From positions 764,280 to 828,279 of the forward strand of contig CAWAGF010000001.1 of the NCBI GenBank assembly GCA_963781675.1: 64,000 nucleotides of DNA, written 5' to 3'. The translations under genes and the position numbers were made by a program. This stretch comes from an uncultured Actinomycetota bacterium (GTDB lineage Bacteria > Actinomycetota > Actinomycetes > Mycobacteriales > SCTD01). The notes below the pieces were generated by a model. It saw only the letters and a list, made by a program, of their open reading frames with translations. It had not been told where the DNA came from and made no database searches. This document shows, piece by piece, positions 33,584 to 44,779 of the stretch; position 1 is the first letter of the stretch; each line of letters starts with the position of its first letter.

Positions 33584-34609
33584 CTAGCTCTTGCTGTGGT
33601 GCTCGAAGTCGATGGACGCGTACGCCCGCAGCTTGGTGAGCCGGTGCTGGGACGTGACCCGGCGGATCGTCCCGGACTTGGAGCGCATGACCAGGGACTC
33701 GGTCGTGGCGCCGCCGCCGCGGTAGCGGACGCCCCGCACCAGCTCGCCGTCGGTGATGCCGGTGGCGACGAAGAAGACGTTGTCGCTGCGCACCAGGTCG
33801 TCGGTGCCGAGGATCGCGTCGAGGTCGAGCCCGGCCGCGGCGGCGTTGGTGAACTCGCTCTTCTTCTGCGGCCAGAGCTTGCCCTGGATCGTCCCGCCGA
33901 GGCACTTCACGGCGCAGGCCGTGATGATCCCCTCGGGGGTGCCGCCGATGCCGAGCAGCAGGTCCACGCCGGTGCCCTCGGAGCAGGCCATCACGGCGCC
34001 GGCCACGTCGCCGTCGGAGATGAACTTGATGCGGGCGCCGGCCTCGCGCACCTCGCGGACCAGGTCCTCGTGCCGCGGCCGGTCCAGGATGCAGACGGTG
34101 ACGTCCTCGGCCGACCCGCCCTTGGCCTTGGCCACAGCGTTCACGTTGTAGGAGACGGGGGCGGTGATGTCGACGACGTCGGCCGCCTCCGGGCCGGTGA
34201 CCAGCTTCTCCATGTAGAAGACCGAGCTGGGGTCGTACATGGTGCCGCGCTCGGCCACGGCCATGACGGCGATGGCGTTCGGCATGCCCTTGGCCATCAG
34301 GGTGGTGCCGTCGATCGGGTCGACCGCCACGTCGCACTCCGGCCCCTCGCCGCAGCCGACCTCCTCGCCGTTGAACAGCATCGGCGCCTCGTCCTTCTCG
34401 CCCTCGCCGATGACGACGACGCCCTTCATCGAGACCGTGCCGATGAGCTGGCGCATGGCGTCGACGGCCGCGCCGTCGCCGCCGTTCTTGTCGCCGCGAC
34501 CGACCCAGCGACCGGCCGCCATGGCCGCCGCCTCGGTCACCCGGACGAGCTCCATCGCGAGGTTGCGGTCCGGGGTCTCGGCCGTGGTCGGCTGGAGGTC
34601 GTCGCTCAT
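33584..34609 (-). CDS. glpX: class II fructose-1,6-bisphosphatase
   Basis: 341-aa ORF with [14 protein letters not shown]...DPIDGTT...GGTPEG motifs, next to fumC as in other actinobacteria. Confidence 0.95.
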   Translation of the reverse strand: MSDDLQPTTAETPDRNLAMELVRVTEAAAMAAGRWVGRGDKNGGDGAAVDAMRQLIGTVSMKGVVVIGEGEKDEAPMLFNGEEVGCGEGPECDVAVDPIDGTTLMAKGMPNAIAVMAVAERGTMYDPSSVFYMEKLVTGPEAADVVDITAPVSYNVNAVAKAKGGSAEDVTVCILDRPRHEDLVREVREAGARIKFISDGDVAGAVMACSEGTGVDLLLGIGGTPEGIITACAVKCLGGTIQGKLWPQKKSEFTNAAAAGLDLDAILGTDDLVRSDNVFFVATGITDGELVRGVRYRGGGATTESLVMRSKSGTIRRVTSQHRLTKLRAYASIDFEHHSKS

Positions 34610-34668
34610 GGCCGCACCCTATCGGCGGGGCAGCCCCCCGGGCGCGGGCGCGGTGGCAGAGTGACGGT

Positions 34669-35271
34669 GTGCGCCGCGACTACGACCCTGCCGAGCTCGG
34701 AGCGGCGATCTACCCGCTGCTCAACAGCGTGGTCGTCCCGCGGCCGATCGCCTGGGTCTCGACCCGGTCCGCGGACGGGGTGGACAACCTGGCGCCGCAC
34801 TCCTTCTTCACCATCAGCTCGGTGGTGCCGCCGGTGGTCCAGTTCACCTCCGTCGGCACCAAGGACTCGCTGCGCAACGCCGAGGCCACGGGGGAGTTCG
34901 TGGTCTGCCTGTCGCCGGAGGACCTGGTCGAGCAGGTGAACGCGACGGCCACCGACTTCCCCGCCGACGTCAGCGAGTTCGACGCCGTCGGGCTGGAGCG
35001 CGAGCCGAGCCGACTGGTGGCCCCGCCGCGCGTCGCCGGGTCACCGGTGGCGATCGAGTGCCGGCTGGCCGGTACGAAGGACTTCGGCGGCGGCTCGACG
35101 GTCGTGTTCGGCGAGGTCGTCTGGGTCGCGGTCGACGAGCGCGTGCTGCGCGACGACCGGCCCGCCATCGACCTGCTCAAGCCGATGGCGCGGCTGGGCG
35201 CCAACGAGTGGAGCACCATCGGCGAGGTCACCGACCGCCGGCGCGTCCCGTACGCCGAGCTCAAGGGATGA
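34669..35271 (+). CDS. flavin reductase family protein
   Basis: 200-aa ORF whose N-terminus LLNSVVVPRPIAWVSTRSADGVDNLAPHSFF is typical of the flavin reductase-like domain. Confidence 0.8.
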   Translation: MRRDYDPAELGAAIYPLLNSVVVPRPIAWVSTRSADGVDNLAPHSFFTISSVVPPVVQFTSVGTKDSLRNAEATGEFVVCLSPEDLVEQVNATATDFPADVSEFDAVGLEREPSRLVAPPRVAGSPVAIECRLAGTKDFGGGSTVVFGEVVWVAVDERVLRDDRPAIDLLKPMARLGANEWSTIGEVTDRRRVPYAELKG

Positions 35272-35876
35272 CCAGCACGCTGCGCCTGGCCGGCCGCGCG
35301 GCCACGACGCGGGGCGCGCTGCTCACCGCGGCGCGGGAGGTGTTCTGCGCGTCCGGCTTCGCGGAGGCGTCCATCGCCGAGGTCGTGGCCGGCGCGGGCG
35401 CCAGCGTCGGCAGCCTCTACCACCACTTCGGCGGCAAGGCCGAGCTCTACCTCGCGCTGTTCGAGGACTACCAGCAGCGCCAGGAGGCCCGCGTCGTCGA
35501 GGCGGTGCGTACGGCGGCGGCCGAGGGGGAGCGCGATGCGGTGGCGCTGTTCGTCGCGGGCTCCCGCGCCTACCTGGAGGGGTGCTGGGCGGAGCGCGAC
35601 CTCGCGCGGCTGTTCCTCGCCGGTGGCGGCCCGCCCGGGTTCGAGCTCGTGGCCCGGCGGCGCTACCGCGAGTGGACCCGGCGCAACGCCACCCTGCTGA
35701 GCAGCGGGCCGGACGACGCCGCCTGGGGCGAGGCGCTCGTGCTGGTGCTCACCACCGTCGTCAGCGAGGCCGGCCACGAGGTCGCCGTCTGCGAGGACGA
35801 GGACGCCGCGACCCGGCTGGCCGGGGACGTCCTGGAGCTGATCGGCCGGATCGGCCGCCCGCGGGGCGAGCGGTGA
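35268..35876 (+). CDS. TetR/AcrR family transcriptional regulator
   Basis: ATG overlaps the upstream stop (ATGA). The HTH region is TRGALLTAAREVFCASGFAEASIAEVVAGAGASVGSLYHHFGGKAELY. Confidence 0.8.
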   Translation: MTSTLRLAGRAATTRGALLTAAREVFCASGFAEASIAEVVAGAGASVGSLYHHFGGKAELYLALFEDYQQRQEARVVEAVRTAAAEGERDAVALFVAGSRAYLEGCWAERDLARLFLAGGGPPGFELVARRRYREWTRRNATLLSSGPDDAAWGEALVLVLTTVVSEAGHEVAVCEDEDAATRLAGDVLELIGRIGRPRGER

Positions 35877-35910
35877 GCCAAGGTGTGCGGGTGAGCGCAG
35901 CGGAGGCCTT

Positions 35911-36507
35911 GTGAGCCTGTTCGACGACGAGCCGGCCAAGGCCGTCCGCAGCGGCGCCGACTGGGAGAACCACCGCAAGCACCGCGCGCCGCAGAGCGGA
36001 CCGCCGCAGGACGAGGTCGGCGTCCTCGCGCTGTCGTCGTTCCTGCTGGCCCGTACCGCCGAGGTCGTCGTGGCGGTGCGCGGCATCACGGCCTACTCGG
36101 ACGGGCTGCACCTGACCGTCGTGGTGCTGTTCGCCGACGAGCAGAAGTCCGAGGACCTGGCGTACTCGATGAACGACTTCAGCCGCAGCCCCGGGCGCTT
36201 CCGGTTCGGCTGCGTCTACGCCGACGGCCGGGCGGCCACGAGCGGGACGCGCGACGCGCCGGTCGTGGAGGAGTCCGGCGGCGGGCCCGCGCTGGTGCTG
36301 CTCCGCTCCGGCACGGCCGGCCTGCTCTGGACCGGGGAGTACTGGCTGCACCCGCTCCCGCCGGCTGGACCGCTCGTGCTCGGCTGCCGGTGGCCGGACC
36401 GCGGCATCCCGGAGACCCTGGTCGAGATCGACCCGTCGCCGCTGCTGTCGGCCGCGGCGACCTCGGCGCCCGTCTGGGGCAGCCCGACCGGGAAGGTGCG
36501 GCTGTAG
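35911..36507 (+). CDS. hypothetical protein
   Basis: 198-aa ORF with protein-like composition and no recognisable motif. Confidence 0.45.
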   Translation: MSLFDDEPAKAVRSGADWENHRKHRAPQSGPPQDEVGVLALSSFLLARTAEVVVAVRGITAYSDGLHLTVVVLFADEQKSEDLAYSMNDFSRSPGRFRFGCVYADGRAATSGTRDAPVVEESGGGPALVLLRSGTAGLLWTGEYWLHPLPPAGPLVLGCRWPDRGIPETLVEIDPSPLLSAAATSAPVWGSPTGKVRL

Positions 36508-37649
36508 TGCACGAGGAGCTGCTGGACCGTCGCGCCGACTACCCGGTGCTGGCGCGCAAGACCTACCTTGCCAGCCACACGCTCGGTGCGATGCACCGGC
36601 GCACGCCGGAGCGGCTCGCGGAGTTCACGGAACGGTGGGGCGAGCTCGGCGTCGTGGCGTGGGAGGACTGGGCCGGCGAGGTCTGGAAGGCCGCCGACCT
36701 CGTCGGCTCCCTCATCGGGGCCCCGCCCGGGACCACGGTCATGCGGCAGAGCGTGGCCGACCTGCTCGGCGACGTCGTGGCGTGCATCGACTGGCACGGC
36801 CCGCGCAACCGCGTCGTCACCTCCTCGCTGGAGTGGCCCGGCTCGCTCAACACGTGGTCGCAGATCGGCCGGCTCGGCGGCGAGGCCGTCGTCGTGCCGG
36901 GCTCCGAGGACGGCATCACGCTCGACGTCCAGCGGATGGTGGACGCGATCGACGAGCGCACCGCGCTGGTCGAGTGCTCGCACGTGCTGTTCCGGACCTC
37001 GACCCTCGTGGACGTCCGGCCGCTGGTGGAGAAGGCGCACGCGGTCGGGGCGCTGGTGATGGTCGACGGCTACCAGGCGGCCGGCACCGTGCCCGTCGAC
37101 GTGGTCGACCTCGGCGTCGACCTCTACGTCGGCGGCTCGGTGAAGTACCTCTCCGGCGGCCCGGGCAACGGCTGGATGTACGTCTCGCCGCAGGTCGAGC
37201 TGGAGCCGGTGACCACCGGGTGGTTCGGCACCGCGCGGCCGTTCGACTTCGACCCGGAGCTGGCCTACGGCGAGGGCGTGAAGCGCTTCCGCGGCGGGAC
37301 GCCCGGCGTGCCGGCGGCGTACGCAGCGGTGCCGGCGTACGAGGCGCTGGTGGAGATCGGCATGGACAAGGTGCGCGCGCGCTCGGTGTCGATGACCCAG
37401 CCGCTGCTCGAGGCGGCGCTGGAGCGGGGCTTCACGGTCCGCTCGCCGCACGACCCGGCGCAGCGCGGCGGTCACGTGACCATCGACCCGGGTGACGCCG
37501 CCCGCGTGCAGGACGCGCTCATCGCCCGCGGGACGGTGGTCGACCACCGGCCCGGCGTCGGCATCCGCGTCTCGCCGCACTTCTACAACACCCTCGACGA
37601 GGCGCTGGGCGTCCTCGACGCGATGGCCGAGGTGCTGGCCGGTCGTTGA
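36507..37649 (+). CDS. class V aminotransferase-fold PLP enzyme (kynureninase / cysteine desulfurase-like)
   Basis: GTG at 36507. GGSVKYLSGGPG contains the candidate PLP lysine. The layout is a class V fold of about 380 aa. Confidence 0.65.
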   Translation: MHEELLDRRADYPVLARKTYLASHTLGAMHRRTPERLAEFTERWGELGVVAWEDWAGEVWKAADLVGSLIGAPPGTTVMRQSVADLLGDVVACIDWHGPRNRVVTSSLEWPGSLNTWSQIGRLGGEAVVVPGSEDGITLDVQRMVDAIDERTALVECSHVLFRTSTLVDVRPLVEKAHAVGALVMVDGYQAAGTVPVDVVDLGVDLYVGGSVKYLSGGPGNGWMYVSPQVELEPVTTGWFGTARPFDFDPELAYGEGVKRFRGGTPGVPAAYAAVPAYEALVEIGMDKVRARSVSMTQPLLEAALERGFTVRSPHDPAQRGGHVTIDPGDAARVQDALIARGTVVDHRPGVGIRVSPHFYNTLDEALGVLDAMAEVLAGR

Positions 37650-38197
37650 CCAGCGACACTGGACGGGTGAGCAGGAGCAGGCGCGGCCGGGAGACCGCGC
37701 TGGACATGGTCCGCTCGCTGGGGCTGGTCTTCCTCGCGGTCCTGCCGGTGTGGTTCTTCGCGCAGGCTCCGGACTCCGACGAGCAGGAGCTGCGCGAGGT
37801 CGACCCCCGCGGGTCCATCGAGGCCTTCGCGCGGGACCTGCCCGACGTGCCCGTGCCCGGCGCGCTGCCGGACAGCTGGCGCGCGACCTCCTCCTCGTAC
37901 AGCGGCGGCGAGAAGGCCCTGCGCGTCGGCTGGGTCACGCCCAGCACCCAGTACGCGGAGTACAGCGCCTCGACGGCCGAGCGCAAGGAGTTCCTCAAGA
38001 CGACGGCCGGCGCCGACGTCCAGCGCCTCGAACCGCTCACCGTCGACGGTCAGGAGTGGGAGCAGCTGCGCGAGCCGGACGGCTCGGTCTCGCTGGTCCG
38101 GTCGTACGGCAGCACCACGGTCGTCGTCGGCACGAAGCGGGCGACGGCGTCCGTCGCCGAGCTAGAGGTCCTGCTCCGCTCGCTGACCCGCGGCTAG
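37646..38197 (+). CDS. DUF4245-like membrane-anchored protein
   Basis: [26 protein letters not shown] anchor followed by a soluble domain. The position near xseB matches other actinobacteria. The start is uncertain (TTG 37646 or GTG 37667). Confidence 0.55.
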   Translation: MTSDTGRVSRSRRGRETALDMVRSLGLVFLAVLPVWFFAQAPDSDEQELREVDPRGSIEAFARDLPDVPVPGALPDSWRATSSSYSGGEKALRVGWVTPSTQYAEYSASTAERKEFLKTTAGADVQRLEPLTVDGQEWEQLREPDGSVSLVRSYGSTTVVVGTKRATASVAELEVLLRSLTRG

Positions 38198-38380
38198 CGC
38201 GGAGTCCAGCCGGGCCTTGGCGCCGTCCAACCACGACTGGCACACCTTCGCCAGCTCCTCGCCGCGCTCCCAGAGAGCCAGCGAGTCCTCGAGCGTGGCG
38301 CCGCCCTGCTCGAGCTGCCGGACCACGTCGGCCAGCTCCTCGCGCGCCTGCTCGTAGCTCGGCCTGGAAGGATCGGTCAC
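38162..38380 (-). CDS. xseB: exodeoxyribonuclease VII small subunit
   Basis: GTG at 38380. 72 aa: [44 protein letters not shown]. Confidence 0.85.
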   Translation of the reverse strand: MTDPSRPSYEQAREELADVVRQLEQGGATLEDSLALWERGEELAKVCQSWLDGAKARLDSALAAGQRAEQDL

Positions 38381-38881
38381 GTGGGAGACCTTAGGCGCGC
38401 GACGGTCGCCGACGCCGCCGACCTGACGCGGCTGCGCGGCCACATGGTCGCCGCGATGGGCGGCGACCCGGCCGTGCCCGGGTGGACCCAGGCCTGCGAG
38501 GAGGCGTTCGCGCGGCGGCTCGCCGAGCCGGACCGCTTCGCCGCCTGGCTGGTCGAGGTCGACGGCGCGGCGGTCAGCAGCGGGGTCGGCTGGCTGGAGG
38601 AGCACCTGCCCTCGCCCGGCTCGTTCGACGGCCGGCGCGGGCACATCGCGTCGATGAGCACCGACCCGGCGCACCGCCGCCACGGGCACGGCCGCCGGGT
38701 CTTCGTCGCGCTGATGGGGTGGTTCGCCGGGATGGCGGTGCCGCGGGTGGACCTGCGGGCGACCGAGGACGGTCGGCCGCTCTACGAGGAGCACGGCTTC
38801 CGCGAGCTGGGCGGCGCCACCATGGCCTGGACCGCGTCCGAGGCGGCCACGCCGGGGCTCGGGTTCGCTACTCCGCGGTGA
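38381..38881 (+). CDS. GNAT family N-acetyltransferase
   Basis: 166-aa ORF with the acetyl-CoA-binding-like segment [15 protein letters not shown] and C-terminal LYEEHGF. The start abuts the divergent xseB start, so it is uncertain. Confidence 0.65.
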   Translation: MGDLRRATVADAADLTRLRGHMVAAMGGDPAVPGWTQACEEAFARRLAEPDRFAAWLVEVDGAAVSSGVGWLEEHLPSPGSFDGRRGHIASMSTDPAHRRHGHGRRVFVALMGWFAGMAVPRVDLRATEDGRPLYEEHGFRELGGATMAWTASEAATPGLGFATPR

Positions 38882-40067
38882 CGAACAGGACGCCGGCCGC
38901 CAGCCGCACCTGCAGGTCGGTCCCCGGCGGCACGGCGTCGGCGTCGCGCACCACCGCCCCGTCCTCGTCCTGCACGACGGCGTAGCCGCGGTCCAGCGTG
39001 GCCTGCGGGGAGAGCGCGACCACGCGGGCGAGCACGTGGTCGAGGTCGGACTGCGCCCGCTCGAGCTGCGCCCCGGTGCAGCGGCGGGCCCGCTCGCGCA
39101 GCGCGTCGACGTCCTGCCGCCGCCCCTCGACCAGCGTGCGCGGGTCCGCGAGCGACGGCCGGCTCCGTACGGCGTCCAGGCGCGCGCGCTCGCTCGTGAC
39201 GAGGTGCGTGACGACGCGGCGGCAGCGGTCGCGGGCCTGGCGCACCCGCTGCGCCTCCTCCTGCACGTCGGGCACGACCCGCTTCCCGGCGTCGGTGGGG
39301 GTGGAGCAGCGGACGTCGGCGACCAGGTCGAGCAGCGGGCTGTCCGGCTCGTGGCCGATCGCGCTGACGACCGGCGTGCGGCAACGCGCCACCGCGCGGC
39401 AGAGGGTCTCGTCGCTGAACGGCAGCAGGTCCTCCACGCTGCCGCCGCCGCGGGCGATGACGATCACGTCGACCTCGGGGCTCGCGTCGAGGGAGTGCAG
39501 CGCCCCGGTCACCTGCTCCACGGCGAGGTGGCCCTGCACGGCGACCTCGCGGACGTCGAAGTCGACGGCCGGCCAGCGACGCCGCGCGTTCTCCAGGACG
39601 TCCCGCTCGGCAGCGCTGGCCCGGCCGGTGATGAGGCCGACCCGGCGGGGGAGGAACGGCAGCGGCTTCTTCAGGTGCGGGGCGAACAGCCCCTCCTGGC
39701 CGAGCAGCACCTTGAGCCGCTCGAGCCGGGCGAGCAGCTCGCCGACGCCGACCTGGCGGATCTCGATCGCCTTGAGCGACAGCGTGCCCCGGCCGGCGTA
39801 GAACTCCGGCTTGCCGTGCACGACGACCCGGGTGCCCTCGGTCAGCGGCGGCACGACGGCCTCGCAGACGGCGCGGGCGCACGTCACGGACAGGCTCATG
39901 TCGGCGACCGGGTCGCGCAGCGTCAGGTAGACGGTGCCGGGGCGCTTGGACACCTGGGTGACCTGGCCCTCGACCCAGACCCGGCCGAGCTTGTCGATCC
40001 ACTCGACGAGCGAGCGCGCCACGGTCCGCACCGGCAGCGGCTGCTCCGCGCTGTTGGCCAGACCCAC
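38868..40067 (-). CDS. xseA: exodeoxyribonuclease VII large subunit
   Basis: 399-aa ORF with an N-terminal OB-fold part ([23 protein letters not shown]) and [20 protein letters not shown]. Confidence 0.9.
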   Translation of the reverse strand: MGLANSAEQPLPVRTVARSLVEWIDKLGRVWVEGQVTQVSKRPGTVYLTLRDPVADMSLSVTCARAVCEAVVPPLTEGTRVVVHGKPEFYAGRGTLSLKAIEIRQVGVGELLARLERLKVLLGQEGLFAPHLKKPLPFLPRRVGLITGRASAAERDVLENARRRWPAVDFDVREVAVQGHLAVEQVTGALHSLDASPEVDVIVIARGGGSVEDLLPFSDETLCRAVARCRTPVVSAIGHEPDSPLLDLVADVRCSTPTDAGKRVVPDVQEEAQRVRQARDRCRRVVTHLVTSERARLDAVRSRPSLADPRTLVEGRRQDVDALRERARRCTGAQLERAQSDLDHVLARVVALSPQATLDRGYAVVQDEDGAVVRDADAVPPGTDLQVRLAAGVLFVTAE

Positions 40068-40144
40068 GCCGCGAGCCTAGGCGCGGTGCCCGCTCATGAC
40101 GAAGGCCGTCCCGCGGGTGCGGGACGGCCTTCGTGGTGCAGGAC

Positions 40145-41285
40145 CTAAGCGGGGTTGGTGCTGCCCGAGCCCGACGAGCGCGGCTGCGACGGGTTGGTGG
40201 GGTCGCCGGCCGACGGCGGGTTCTGGGCCGGGCCGCCGGTGACAGGCTGCACCTTCGCGCCGGCCTCTGGCGCCCTTGGGCTTGTCGGGGGCGGCCGCGG
40301 CGGCGGTCGGGTCGCTGCCGGACAGCGGCGCGGTCGGGTCGTCGGCGAGCTTGGCGATCCGGTTGTCGAGCATGGTGATGATCGGCAGCCGGTCGGCGTG
40401 CGCCTTCTCGTAGTCGCGGACCTGGATGAGCTGCGGCAGGTCGAGGCTGCGCATCCGGCCGCGCAGCGACCCGAGCGTCAGGTGGTCGTAGTCCGGCAGC
40501 GGCAGGTCGTCGTGGGCGAGCACCACGCCGCCGACGCGCGCCGAGACCTGCTCGACGGTCTCGACGACCTGGGGCGCGGCAGCCGTGTCGACGCGGGTGT
40601 CGTCCGGCTGGCTGGCCTTGGGGGTGGCCTTGCCCTTGGTGGCCTGGGCCGGGTTCTTGCGCTGGCGCTCGGCCTGCGCCGGGTCCAGGCCCGCGGCGGC
40701 GGCCTTCTCGGCGGCCTCGGCGGCTGCCTGCTCCGCGCGCTGGGCGGCCTCGGCGACGTGCCGCTCGGCCTCGGCGACAGCCTTGGCGGCTGCGTCCGCG
40801 TCGACCGGCGCGGCCTTGGCCGGCTTCTTCGCCGGGGTCGTGGCCTTCGCCTGGGTGCCGCTCACGCTCTGGGCGGCGTCCTCGACGCTGCCGGCCGCGG
40901 AGGACAGGCCGTCGCCGACGGTGCGGGTCGCGGTGCCGGTCGCCTTGCGGGCGGTGCGGGCCAGCCGCGTGACTCCCTCGCCGACGTCCTCGAGCGCGTC
41001 CTCGACCTTGTCGTACGGCCGGGCGAGCGGCGTGCCCTGCAGCGCGCCCTCGACGCGGTCCTCGACCTCGTCGAAGGAGGTGCCGCGCAGGCGGGCGATC
41101 AGGCGCTCGCCGCGCTCGGCGAGGTCGTCGTAGCCCTGGCGCGCTGCCCCGATGCTGGTCAGCGCGTGGCTGACGGCATAGACGGGCAGCTGCACAGCCT
41201 TGCCCGGCAGGCGGCGGACCCCGCCCAGGACGGTCGGCACCAGCCCGAGGGCGGCGGCGACAGGGCGGGAGACGGGGCTGGGCAT
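40145..41285 (-). pseudogene. conserved Ala/Lys-rich hypothetical protein, frame broken near 40268
   Basis: ATG at 41285 ([14 protein letters not shown]...). The conserved C-terminal block is LPLPDYDHLTLGSLRGRMRSLDLPQLIQVRDYEKAH. After ...PDKPKGA a plausible tail (EAGAKVQPVTGGPAQNPPSAGDPTNPSQPRSSGSGSTNPA) continues in another frame to TAG at 40145. The 1141-nt span is 3n+1. Confidence 0.5.
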
Positions 41286-41403
41286 GGACGGCGTCCTTCG
41301 GCTCGGGTGGGGCTGGGCGGTCTGCCGTCTGCCTGCCCGCCGCTCCCCCTCGTACACGTCGCGAGAGGAAGATCACCGGGCCGACTGGCGCCGCGGACGT
41401 AGC

Positions 41404-42396
41404 ATGGGAGCCATGACGGAGACTGCGGCACGCCCGTCGAAGCGGGTCCTCGTGGCCAAGCCGCGCGGCTACTGCGCCGGCGTCGACCGCGCGGTGCTGA
41501 CCGTCGAGAAGGCGCTCGAGGCGTACGGCGCGCCCGTCTACGTGCGCAAGCAGATCGTGCACAACGCCCACGTGGTCCGCACGCTCGAGGCGCAGGGCGC
41601 GGTGTTCGTCGACGAGACGGAGGAGGTGCCCGAGGGCGCCACCGTCGTGTTCTCCGCCCACGGCGTCGCGCCGACCGTGCACGCCGAGGCCAAGGTCCGG
41701 CAGCTGAAGACGATCGACGCCACCTGCCCGCTGGTGACCAAGGTCCACCTCGAGGCCAAGCGCTTCGCCAAGGAGGACCTCGACATCGTGCTCATCGGGC
41801 ACGAGGGCCACGAGGAGGTCGTCGGGACGACCGGCCAGGCACCCGAGCACATCCACCTCGTCGACGGCGTCGAGGAGGCCGCCCGGGTCGAGGTCCGCGA
41901 CCCGAGCAGGGTTGCCTACCTGTCGCAGACCACTCTGTCGGTGGACGAGACCAACGTGACGGTCGACGCGCTGCGCCAGCGCTTCCCGCTGCTGCAGGGG
42001 CCGCCGTCCGCAGACATCTGCTACGCCACCCAGAACCGTCAGGTCGCGGTCAAGGAGATCGCGCAGGCCTCCGACCTGCTGCTGGTCGTCGGCTCGCGCA
42101 ACAGCTCCAACTCGGTGCGCCTGGTCGAGGTCGCCCTCGACGCCGGCGCCCGCGCCTCCTACCTGGTCGACGACGCCTCCGAGATCGACGAGGCGTGGCT
42201 CGACGGCGTCACCACCGTCGGGCTGACCAGCGGCGCCTCGGTGCCGGAGAGCCTGGTGCAGGACGTCATGGCGTGGCTGGCCGCCCGTGGCTACGCCGAC
42301 GTGGAGGAGGTGGAGTCGGCGCAGGAGCACCTGCTGTTCGCGCTGCCGCCCGAGCTGCGCCGCGACCTGCGCGCGGCGGGGATCTCCGAGACCTGA
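41404..42396 (+). CDS. ispH: 4-hydroxy-3-methylbut-2-enyl diphosphate reductase
   Basis: ATG at 41404 (or 41413). The motifs are [28 protein letters not shown] and [10 protein letters not shown]. Confidence 0.95.
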   Translation: MGAMTETAARPSKRVLVAKPRGYCAGVDRAVLTVEKALEAYGAPVYVRKQIVHNAHVVRTLEAQGAVFVDETEEVPEGATVVFSAHGVAPTVHAEAKVRQLKTIDATCPLVTKVHLEAKRFAKEDLDIVLIGHEGHEEVVGTTGQAPEHIHLVDGVEEAARVEVRDPSRVAYLSQTTLSVDETNVTVDALRQRFPLLQGPPSADICYATQNRQVAVKEIAQASDLLLVVGSRNSSNSVRLVEVALDAGARASYLVDDASEIDEAWLDGVTTVGLTSGASVPESLVQDVMAWLAARGYADVEEVESAQEHLLFALPPELRRDLRAAGISET

Positions 42397-42461
42397 CCGC
42401 GGGAGCCCGGCTCCGGTGACCCCATGGCGTCCGGCGGGCGGCACGCAGCGGGCCGGTCGGG

Positions 42462-42887
42462 CTAGCGGCGGCCGGCGGACCAGCGGACGACGGCCACCAC
42501 CAGCGCGGCCACCGTCGCCGCCATCAGCACCGGGGCTCCCAGCACCAGGGCGTTGACGAGCTCGAGGGCCTGTCGGGTGAGGAACGACCCGCTGCCCATC
42601 GTGCGCTCGACCGCGCCGGCGACCAGCGCGAGCAGGACGTAGACGAGCGGCGGCATGACGACCGTGGCGACCAGGTCCTCGCGGTGCACGGTCAGGGCGC
42701 CGACCAGGCAGCCGCCGACGAAGCTGACGGCGAACACCTCGCGCAGTCCGGAGCCGGTCAGCACGTCGATCGTCCCACCCAGCAGGCCGAGCGCGAGGGC
42801 GACGGCGACCGCGCCGACGGCGGTCAGCCCGCGGCGGTCGCCGACGGAGGGCAGGGCGTGCCCCTGCGTCGGGCCCGGTGCGGTCAC
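42462..42887 (-). CDS. membrane protein (four hydrophobic helices)
   Basis: 141-aa ORF that is mostly hydrophobic helices. No known motif recognised. Confidence 0.5.
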   Translation of the reverse strand: MTAPGPTQGHALPSVGDRRGLTAVGAVAVALALGLLGGTIDVLTGSGLREVFAVSFVGGCLVGALTVHREDLVATVVMPPLVYVLLALVAGAVERTMGSGSFLTRQALELVNALVLGAPVLMAATVAALVVAVVRWSAGRR

Positions 42888-42937
42888 GGCACCGGACGGT
42901 ACCCCCGTGGCGGCCGCCCCCCGCCGGACCTAGGTTC

Positions 42938-43243
42938 GTGCGCGTGTCCGGTGACAGCGGTTCCTACGGCGAGGGCGAGCGGGTCTTCGGGCCGCCGCAG
43001 GGCAGCTACGACGCGGACTGGGTGGCGAGCAGCGCCCGCACCGCGGACCCCGGTCTGCCCGAGGCACTGGCCCGCGAGCTGGCCGTCTACGCGTGGGACC
43101 ACCTGCGGGCGATCCGAGAGCTGGACGCGCCGGAGGTCGCCCGCCGGCTGCTGGCCGGCCACTCGACGGCCGGGGCGACGGCGGCCAACGTGGTGGCCAA
43201 GGCGGCCGTCGACTTCTGCGCGGCCTACGACGTCCAGCCCTAG
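42938..43243 (+). CDS. hypothetical protein
   Basis: GTG at 42938, 101 aa, protein-like composition. Confidence 0.4.
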   Translation: MRVSGDSGSYGEGERVFGPPQGSYDADWVASSARTADPGLPEALARELAVYAWDHLRAIRELDAPEVARRLLAGHSTAGATAANVVAKAAVDFCAAYDVQP

Positions 43244-44358
43244 GCGGGCCGCTCCAGCAGGCTGAGCTCGGGCGAGACCGGCGGCGTCGCCACGGCCTCC
43301 AACGAGCGCGGGGCCGGCAGCTCGTCCGGCACACCGGCGAGGTCGGCCATCCGGCGTGCGCTCGGCAGCAGGCTGCGCTCCAGGGAGGCGACGGTCCGGT
43401 TGTAGTCCGTCACCGCGCTGTTGAGCGTGCGGCCGAGCTTGTCGACGTGGCCGCCGACGGTGCCGAGCCGGGCGTAGAGCTCCTTGCCGGCGGTGACGAC
43501 GGCCCGGGCGTTCTCGGTCAGCTGCTCCTGCTGCCAGGAGTGCGCGGCGGTGCGCAGGAGCGAGACGAGGGTGGTCGGCGTCGCGACGTGGACGTGCCGG
43601 GAGAACGCGTGCTCGAGCAGCGCCGGGTCGTGCTCGAGCGCGGGCGCGAGGAAGGCCTCACCGGGCACGAACAGCACGACGAACTCGGGCGAGTCGGGCA
43701 GCGCCCGCCAGTAGGCCTTGTCGGCGAGCCGGTCGACGTGGGCGCGCAGGTGCCGGGCGTGCGCCGCCATCCGCGCGGCGGCCTCCTGCTCGTCGTCGCA
43801 CTCGACGGCCTCCAGGTAGGCGGCCAGGGTGACCTTGGCGTCGACGACGATCGAGCGGCCGCCGGCCAGCCGGACGACGAGGTCGGGCCGCAGCACCGCC
43901 CCGTCCGCGCCGGCGAAGGACGCCTGCTCGGTGAAGTCGCACCGGTCGACCATCCCGGCGTACTCCACGCAGCGGCGCAGCTGCACCTCGCCCCAGCGGC
44001 CGCGCGCCTGCGGGCGCCGGAGCGCGTCGACGAGCGAGGCGGTCTCCTTGCCGAGCAGCTCGCTGGTCCGCCGCACGCCGGCCACCTGCTCGCGCAGCTC
44101 GGCCTGCGCCCGGGCCCGCTCGACCTCCAGCCCGCGGAGCTGGGACTCGACCAGGTGGAGCTGCTCCCGCAGCGGCCCGACCAGGTGCTCGACGGCCTGG
44201 CGCTGGGCCAGCGCCTCCCGGTCGGACTCGTCCCGCAGCGCGCGCGAGGCGAGGCCCTCGAAGGAGGAGAGCAGCACCTGCTCGTCACGGCGGGCGAGCA
44301 GGCGGCCGAGCAGGAGCCCAGCGGCGAGGCCGAGCAGCAGGGCGAGGAGGACGGTCAT
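43240..44358 (-). CDS. rmuC: DNA recombination protein RmuC
   Basis: 372-aa ORF with an N-terminal anchor, a long coiled-coil and the RmuC core (RGRWGEVQLRRCVEYAGM...VVDAKV...FVVLFVPGEAF). Confidence 0.9.
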   Translation of the reverse strand: MTVLLALLLGLAAGLLLGRLLARRDEQVLLSSFEGLASRALRDESDREALAQRQAVEHLVGPLREQLHLVESQLRGLEVERARAQAELREQVAGVRRTSELLGKETASLVDALRRPQARGRWGEVQLRRCVEYAGMVDRCDFTEQASFAGADGAVLRPDLVVRLAGGRSIVVDAKVTLAAYLEAVECDDEQEAAARMAAHARHLRAHVDRLADKAYWRALPDSPEFVVLFVPGEAFLAPALEHDPALLEHAFSRHVHVATPTTLVSLLRTAAHSWQQEQLTENARAVVTAGKELYARLGTVGGHVDKLGRTLNSAVTDYNRTVASLERSLLPSARRMADLAGVPDELPAPRSLEAVATPPVSPELSLLERPA

Positions 44359-44405
44359 GCGGCGAGGTTGGCATCGCCCACCGACAGGACGTCAGCGGCG
44401 CGCGG

Positions 44406-44684
44406 TCACCGCTTCTCGCAGGCGATGCCGTCCCTGTCCCGGTCGAGGCCGCGGTTCGCGCGCATCGCCCGGTCGTACCCGGCAGTGTCCTTGCGCCAGG
44501 TCGTCACCGGCGCGCCGGTGGTCCGGTCCTTCGCGCCGACCCGGCCGATGCCGTGCGGGTAGCTCTTCTGCAGCGCGGTGCAGTTCGTGTACGAGACGGC
44601 GGCCGCGGCGGGTGGCGCGAGGACGACGGTGCTGAGGCAGGCGGCGAGGGCAAGGCCGCCCAGGGTGGTGGCTCGGACGGCCAT
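44406..44684 (-). CDS. secreted excalibur calcium-binding domain protein
   Basis: ATG at 44684 with a signal peptide. The C-terminal DRDRDGIACE matches the excalibur DxDxDGxxCE motif. Confidence 0.7.
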   Translation of the reverse strand: MAVRATTLGGLALAACLSTVVLAPPAAAAVSYTNCTALQKSYPHGIGRVGAKDRTTGAPVTTWRKDTAGYDRAMRANRGLDRDRDGIACEKR

Positions 44685-44779
44685 GGCTCCTCCTGGGACG
44701 ACGGGGTCACGCAGTGTGACACCCAGGACCGTTCCGGCGCAGCGGAACGCCCGCACCCGCGCCGGTACCGTCGTACGCC